From: Verrucomicrobiota bacterium | Lineage (GTDB): Bacteria > Verrucomicrobiota > Verrucomicrobiia > Methylacidiphilales > CAMAQI01 | Direction of reading: 5' to 3' | Assembly: GCA_040388725.1 (NCBI GenBank) | Contig: JAZKBH010000137.1 | Location: 46,258-82,859, forward strand | Length of the DNA: 36,602 nt | Part shown: positions 33,104-36,602 of the stretch, piece after piece | Numbering within the stretch: the first letter of the stretch is position 1 | How the letters are laid out: each line of letters opens with the position of its first letter | Notes under the pieces: model-generated | Seen by the model: the letters and a program-made list of their open reading frames with translations, nothing else | Told to the model about the DNA's origin: nothing | Databases searched by the model: none | Program-made: the position numbers and the translations under genes

Positions 33104-34252
33104 GTGAAAAAAGTACGAATAGGAATTATTGGATTGGGTTCAATGGGAAGAGCGCATGCGAACGCCATTCAAAAGGGGCTTATTCCAAATTTGGAACTCA
33201 CGGCGATTTGTGACAAAGAAATCGAACAGTGTACCGGACTATTGGAAATCCCCAAATTCAAAAGTCCCGAGGATTTATTTTCATCGAAATTGATCGACGC
33301 CGTTTTAATTGCAACGCCTCATTTTGAACATACTTCCATAGGAATAGATGCTTTAAAAAGAGGATATCACGTTCTCGTGGAAAAACCGATTTCGGTCCAT
33401 AAGGCGGACTGCGAAAAATTGATTGCGGCACATTCCAACAAAAAACAAGTTTTTGCAGCAATGTTTAATCAGCGTACGGATCCGCATTACATCAAGGTTC
33501 GGGAATTGATTCGAAATGGGGAGCTTGGAAAGCTTCGACGCATCAACTGGATTATCACGAATTGGTTTCGAAGTGAGGCTTATTATGCCTCGGGGGGGTG
33601 GAGAGCGACGTGGAAAGGGGAAGGAGGCGGCGTTTTGCTGAATCAATGTCCTCATAATTTGGATTTATTTCAATGGATGTTCGGTATGCCCGACCAAATT
33701 CGGGCTTTTTGTCAGATGGGATTTTATCACAATATTGAGGTCGAAGATAATGTGACCGCGTATATGCAATATCGTAACGGGTGCACGGCGGTTTTTATTA
33801 CATCCACCGGAGAGGCACCGGGAACAAACCGATTGGAAATTGTAGGAGAAAGGGGACGAATCGTGTTGGGGGAAGGGAAGTTGGAATATCTCCGAAATGA
33901 AATTGAAATGTCCGCATTTAGCCGGTCGACGAAAGAACGTTTTACAAAGCCTGAAGTGTGGGACGTCAGTATCCCCATTCAGGGTGGACAGGGAGAACAG
34001 CATGTGGGAATTTTGAAAAATTTTACAAATGCCATTTTAAATGGGGAAAGCCTGTTGGCTCCGGCCAAGGAGGGCATCCATTCGGTCGAACTCGCAAATG
34101 CCATGATTTATTCTTCGTTTATCCAAGATACTGTGACTTTGCCGCTCGATAGCAAAAAATATCAGGCCTTTCTTAAAAAGAAGATTTCAAAATCCACTTT
34201 GAAGAAAAAAATGATAAAAAAGGCGAGTGACGATTTTTCAAAATCTTTTTAA
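33104..34252 (+). CDS. Gfo/Idh/MocA-family oxidoreductase
   Basis: N-terminal Rossmann motif MKKVRIGIIGLGSMGRAHANAI, with EKP in HVLVEKPIS. GTG start. Confidence 0.88.
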   Translation: MKKVRIGIIGLGSMGRAHANAIQKGLIPNLELTAICDKEIEQCTGLLEIPKFKSPEDLFSSKLIDAVLIATPHFEHTSIGIDALKRGYHVLVEKPISVHKADCEKLIAAHSNKKQVFAAMFNQRTDPHYIKVRELIRNGELGKLRRINWIITNWFRSEAYYASGGWRATWKGEGGGVLLNQCPHNLDLFQWMFGMPDQIRAFCQMGFYHNIEVEDNVTAYMQYRNGCTAVFITSTGEAPGTNRLEIVGERGRIVLGEGKLEYLRNEIEMSAFSRSTKERFTKPEVWDVSIPIQGGQGEQHVGILKNFTNAILNGESLLAPAKEGIHSVELANAMIYSSFIQDTVTLPLDSKKYQAFLKKKISKSTLKKKMIKKASDDFSKSF

Positions 34253-34258
34253 TACATT

Positions 34259-35392
34259 ATGACACAAAAAAAAGACGGAATGAATTACGCCCCCCGCGGA
34301 AAATCCAAGCCCGTGTGCAATCGGGGGGATTTTGTGTTTGCCGCTGTCGCGCTGGATCACGGTCATATTTATGGCCAATGCAACGGATTGATCGAAGCAG
34401 GAGCAGAACTTCGATATGTCTATGATCCCGATCCCCAAAAAATGGAACAATTTTGTAAAACTTATCCGCATGTCCAATGTGCGAGTTCCTTGAATGCTAT
34501 TTTGGACGATCCGGAAATTAAATTAGTCGCTGCCGCGGCAATTCCCAATGAGAGAGGCCCTTTGGGAATTAAAGTGATGAATTCGGGAAAAGACTATTTT
34601 ACCGATAAAACCCCCTTTACGGATTTGGATCAATTATCCGAAGCCCGGCAGACCGTTCAAAAAACGGGCTGCAAATATATGGTTTATTATAGTGAAAGGC
34701 TTCACGTTGAATCGGCGGTGCATGCGGGTCAGTTAATTCAAGAGGGGGCTATTGGAAAAGTGGTCCAAGTATTGGGATTGGGACCCCATCGTTTATCGGC
34801 CGCTTCCCGTCCTTCTTGGTTTTTCAAAAAGAGGCAATACGGAGGAATTTTGGCGGATATTGGTAGTCATCAGATTGAACAATATTTGTTTTATTCCGGA
34901 GCAAAGGATGCGGTTGTCACACATGCCGCGACGGGAAATTTTAATAATCCGGATTATCCTGAACTGGAAGATTATGGGGAAGCGACATTGTTAGGAGATA
35001 ATGGAACTCGGAATTTTTATCGGGTCGATTGGCTGACCCCGGACGGACTGGGAAGTTGGGGAGATGGCCGAACCATTATTCTCGGGAGCAAAGGATATAT
35101 CGAGCTTCGAAAATACATTGATATCGCACGATCGGTGGAAGGAGAAAATGTTTATTTAGTAACAGATCAAGAGGAGACTCTTTTGAATGTAAAAGGAAAA
35201 GTGGGATTTCCTTTTTTCGGAGAGCTGATCCTGGATTGTCTGAATCGCACAGAAATCGCGATGACTCAGGAGCATGCCTTTAAAGCGGCGGAACTTTGCT
35301 TAAAATGTCAGGCGTATGCGGATCAGGAGAAGCCTGGTGATAATAGGTTGAGAGGGATGAGAGAAGCTGATACCCTTTTTTGCGGTAAGTAA
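34259..35392 (+). CDS. Gfo/Idh/MocA-like oxidoreductase (divergent N-terminus)
   Basis: Overall family architecture (FAAVALDHGHIYG..., ...KDYFTDKTP, C-terminal alpha/beta domain), adjacent to the first oxidoreductase. Confidence 0.7.
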   Translation: MTQKKDGMNYAPRGKSKPVCNRGDFVFAAVALDHGHIYGQCNGLIEAGAELRYVYDPDPQKMEQFCKTYPHVQCASSLNAILDDPEIKLVAAAAIPNERGPLGIKVMNSGKDYFTDKTPFTDLDQLSEARQTVQKTGCKYMVYYSERLHVESAVHAGQLIQEGAIGKVVQVLGLGPHRLSAASRPSWFFKKRQYGGILADIGSHQIEQYLFYSGAKDAVVTHAATGNFNNPDYPELEDYGEATLLGDNGTRNFYRVDWLTPDGLGSWGDGRTIILGSKGYIELRKYIDIARSVEGENVYLVTDQEETLLNVKGKVGFPFFGELILDCLNRTEIAMTQEHAFKAAELCLKCQAYADQEKPGDNRLRGMREADTLFCGK

Positions 35393-35417
35393 GGGAATTT
35401 ATTTAAAAGGAAGATTC

Positions 35418-35867
35418 GTGCATAAAGGGATATTTCGATCTTTCAGCTTAATGGAAGTGGTTATTGCGCTAGGAGTAACGTCTTTCGCTCTCATCACGCT
35501 TGTGGGATTGCTTCCCATAGGGCTTAAAAATTTTCAAAGTGCAGCCGATACTGAAATTCAGGCCAAAATATTTCAACAAATCCAAGCGATTGCCCTGCAA
35601 AGTGATTTTTCCGTATTGGTGAATTCATCCAAAACGCCTCTTCCTTCCCAGCAATTGTTATTTTTTGACGAACGGGGGAAGATGATGGATTCATCCGCAA
35701 AAAATTATGCTTATTGTGTTTCGAACTCGATCAGCCGGGACTACGTGGTTCCCGGAACCTCTTCGATGAGTGAAAATATGGCGATGGTGAAGAGTTATAT
35801 AACCAGCAGGTCCTCACCACGATTTACAAATATTTATTCAATCGTCATTTCGAACAATGGAAGATGA
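35418..35867 (+). CDS. prepilin-type N-terminal cleavage/methylation-domain protein (resembles Verru_Chthon cassette protein B)
   Basis: RSFSLMEVVIALGVTSFALITLVGLL is a type IV pilin-like leader plus hydrophobic helix. GTG start after aaggaag. The family name is from memory and needs an HMM check. Confidence 0.7.
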   Translation: MHKGIFRSFSLMEVVIALGVTSFALITLVGLLPIGLKNFQSAADTEIQAKIFQQIQAIALQSDFSVLVNSSKTPLPSQQLLFFDERGKMMDSSAKNYAYCVSNSISRDYVVPGTSSMSENMAMVKSYITSRSSPRFTNIYSIVISNNGR

Positions 35868-36602
35868 GAATGGTGAAAAGAAATCAAAATGGTTCCTTTA
35901 AAAGAGCCTGGCGAGGAAGAGCTTTTACGTTAATCGAAGTTCTGGTTGCCACTTCTATTTTAATGTTGCTGATGCTGATGATATTTTCAATTGTCGGAAG
36001 CACTGGAAAATTATGGAAGGAAACAGAAAATAAAGTCGGTACTTTTAAAGAAGTCAGAGCCGCTTTGGAAACCATCAATCGACGTCTGAGTCAGGCGACA
36101 TTAAATGCCTATTATGATGCTTATAGCTACGATGAAAAACAGTTTTGTACTTCTGTCACACCCACCGCTGTCCCCCAGACTTACTTTCGGAGGTCCGATT
36201 TGCATTTTATTAGCGGACGGTCATCGGATCTTTTGCATCAAACTTTTCCAAGTCCAACCCATTGCCTATTTTTTCAGGCTTATTTGGGGTTCACCGAAAA
36301 TCCTTCGGAATTAGGGAGTGGAGAGTTAAACGCCTATTTAAATTCCTGCGGGTATTACATCGAATATGGAAAAGATTCCTCGCTTCCCCTTTTTCTTCAA
36401 AAGTCGACCAAAGCCTCTTTGCAACGGTATCGGTACCGGTTGATGGAGTTTTTGGAACCCACGGAGAAGATGAGTGTTTACGAAACGCCGGCAGATTCCT
36501 CTCCGATGGCACAGAGATGGTTTTCAAATAAAATTTCAAATACCAGCCATCCGTACTCGAGAGTATTAGCGGAAAATGTGATCGCATTTATTGTGTTTCC
36601 CA
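35864..36602 (+). CDS. prepilin-type N-terminal domain protein (resembles Verru_Chthon cassette protein C), 3' end beyond the window; absent from the supplied ORF track
   Basis: My codon-by-codon translation from the ATG at 35864 found no stop through nt 36601 (246 codons). Leader RAFTLIEVLVATSILMLLMLMIFSIV. ATGA overlap with the previous gene. The track ORFs at 35884-36078(-), 36105-36314, 36262-36531 and 36291-36587(-) lie inside it. Confidence 0.75.
   Translation, partial: MRMVKRNQNGSFKRAWRGRAFTLIEVLVATSILMLLMLMIFSIVGSTGKLWKETENKVGTFKEVRAALETINRRLSQATLNAYYDAYSYDEKQFCTSVTPTAVPQTYFRRSDLHFISGRSSDLLHQTFPSPTHCLFFQAYLGFTENPSELGSGELNAYLNSCGYYIEYGKDSSLPLFLQKSTKASLQRYRYRLMEFLEPTEKMSVYETPADSSPMAQRWFSNKISNTSHPYSRVLAENVIAFIVFP

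Overview
36.6-kb chromosomal window, moderately AT-rich by eye. It probably comes from a PVC-superphylum (Verrucomicrobia-like) bacterium, judging from prepilin-like 'Verru_Chthon'-type cassette proteins and many glycan-active enzymes. I see three blocks. (i) 1-13.6 kb is a glycan-utilisation locus. It holds two heparinase II/III-like proteins, a ROK regulator, a CUT1-type ABC importer without an ATPase (two permeases and a binding protein) headed by a secreted helical-repeat protein, a C-N hydrolase with an N-terminal extension, a GHL6-like hydrolase and a RidA-family protein. (ii) 13.8-28.2 kb is a mosaic in which housekeeping genes (mnmG, lpxK, dnaN at the edge) alternate with five type II toxin-antitoxin loci (hicAB, two vapBC, mazEF, orphan parE) and small accessory units: DUF1348, TetR, an orphan ABC ATPase, a short orphan FlgC-like protein, two tandem CgeB-like glycosyltransferase paralogs and a low-complexity secreted protein. 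Nearly every intergenic spacer in this block holds a long imperfect palindrome from a few related families. (iii) 28.4-36.6 kb holds dnaN, a large GH99-like hydrolase with a tandemly duplicated C-terminal module, two Gfo/Idh/MocA oxidoreductases and two prepilin-like cassette proteins; the last one runs off the window and is missing from the ORF track. The most unusual signal is a ~190-nt non-coding element present three times. Each copy lies just beyond the 3' end of a toxin gene from a different TA family (vapC, mazF, parE), always in the same convergent polarity. One copy is bounded by a perfect 12-nt direct repeat, one is nested inside another palindromic element, and two form an inverted pair around mazEF+parE. 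No rRNA, tRNA, CRISPR array, transposase or integrase gene was recognised. All family calls rest on motifs read from the translations; no searches were run.
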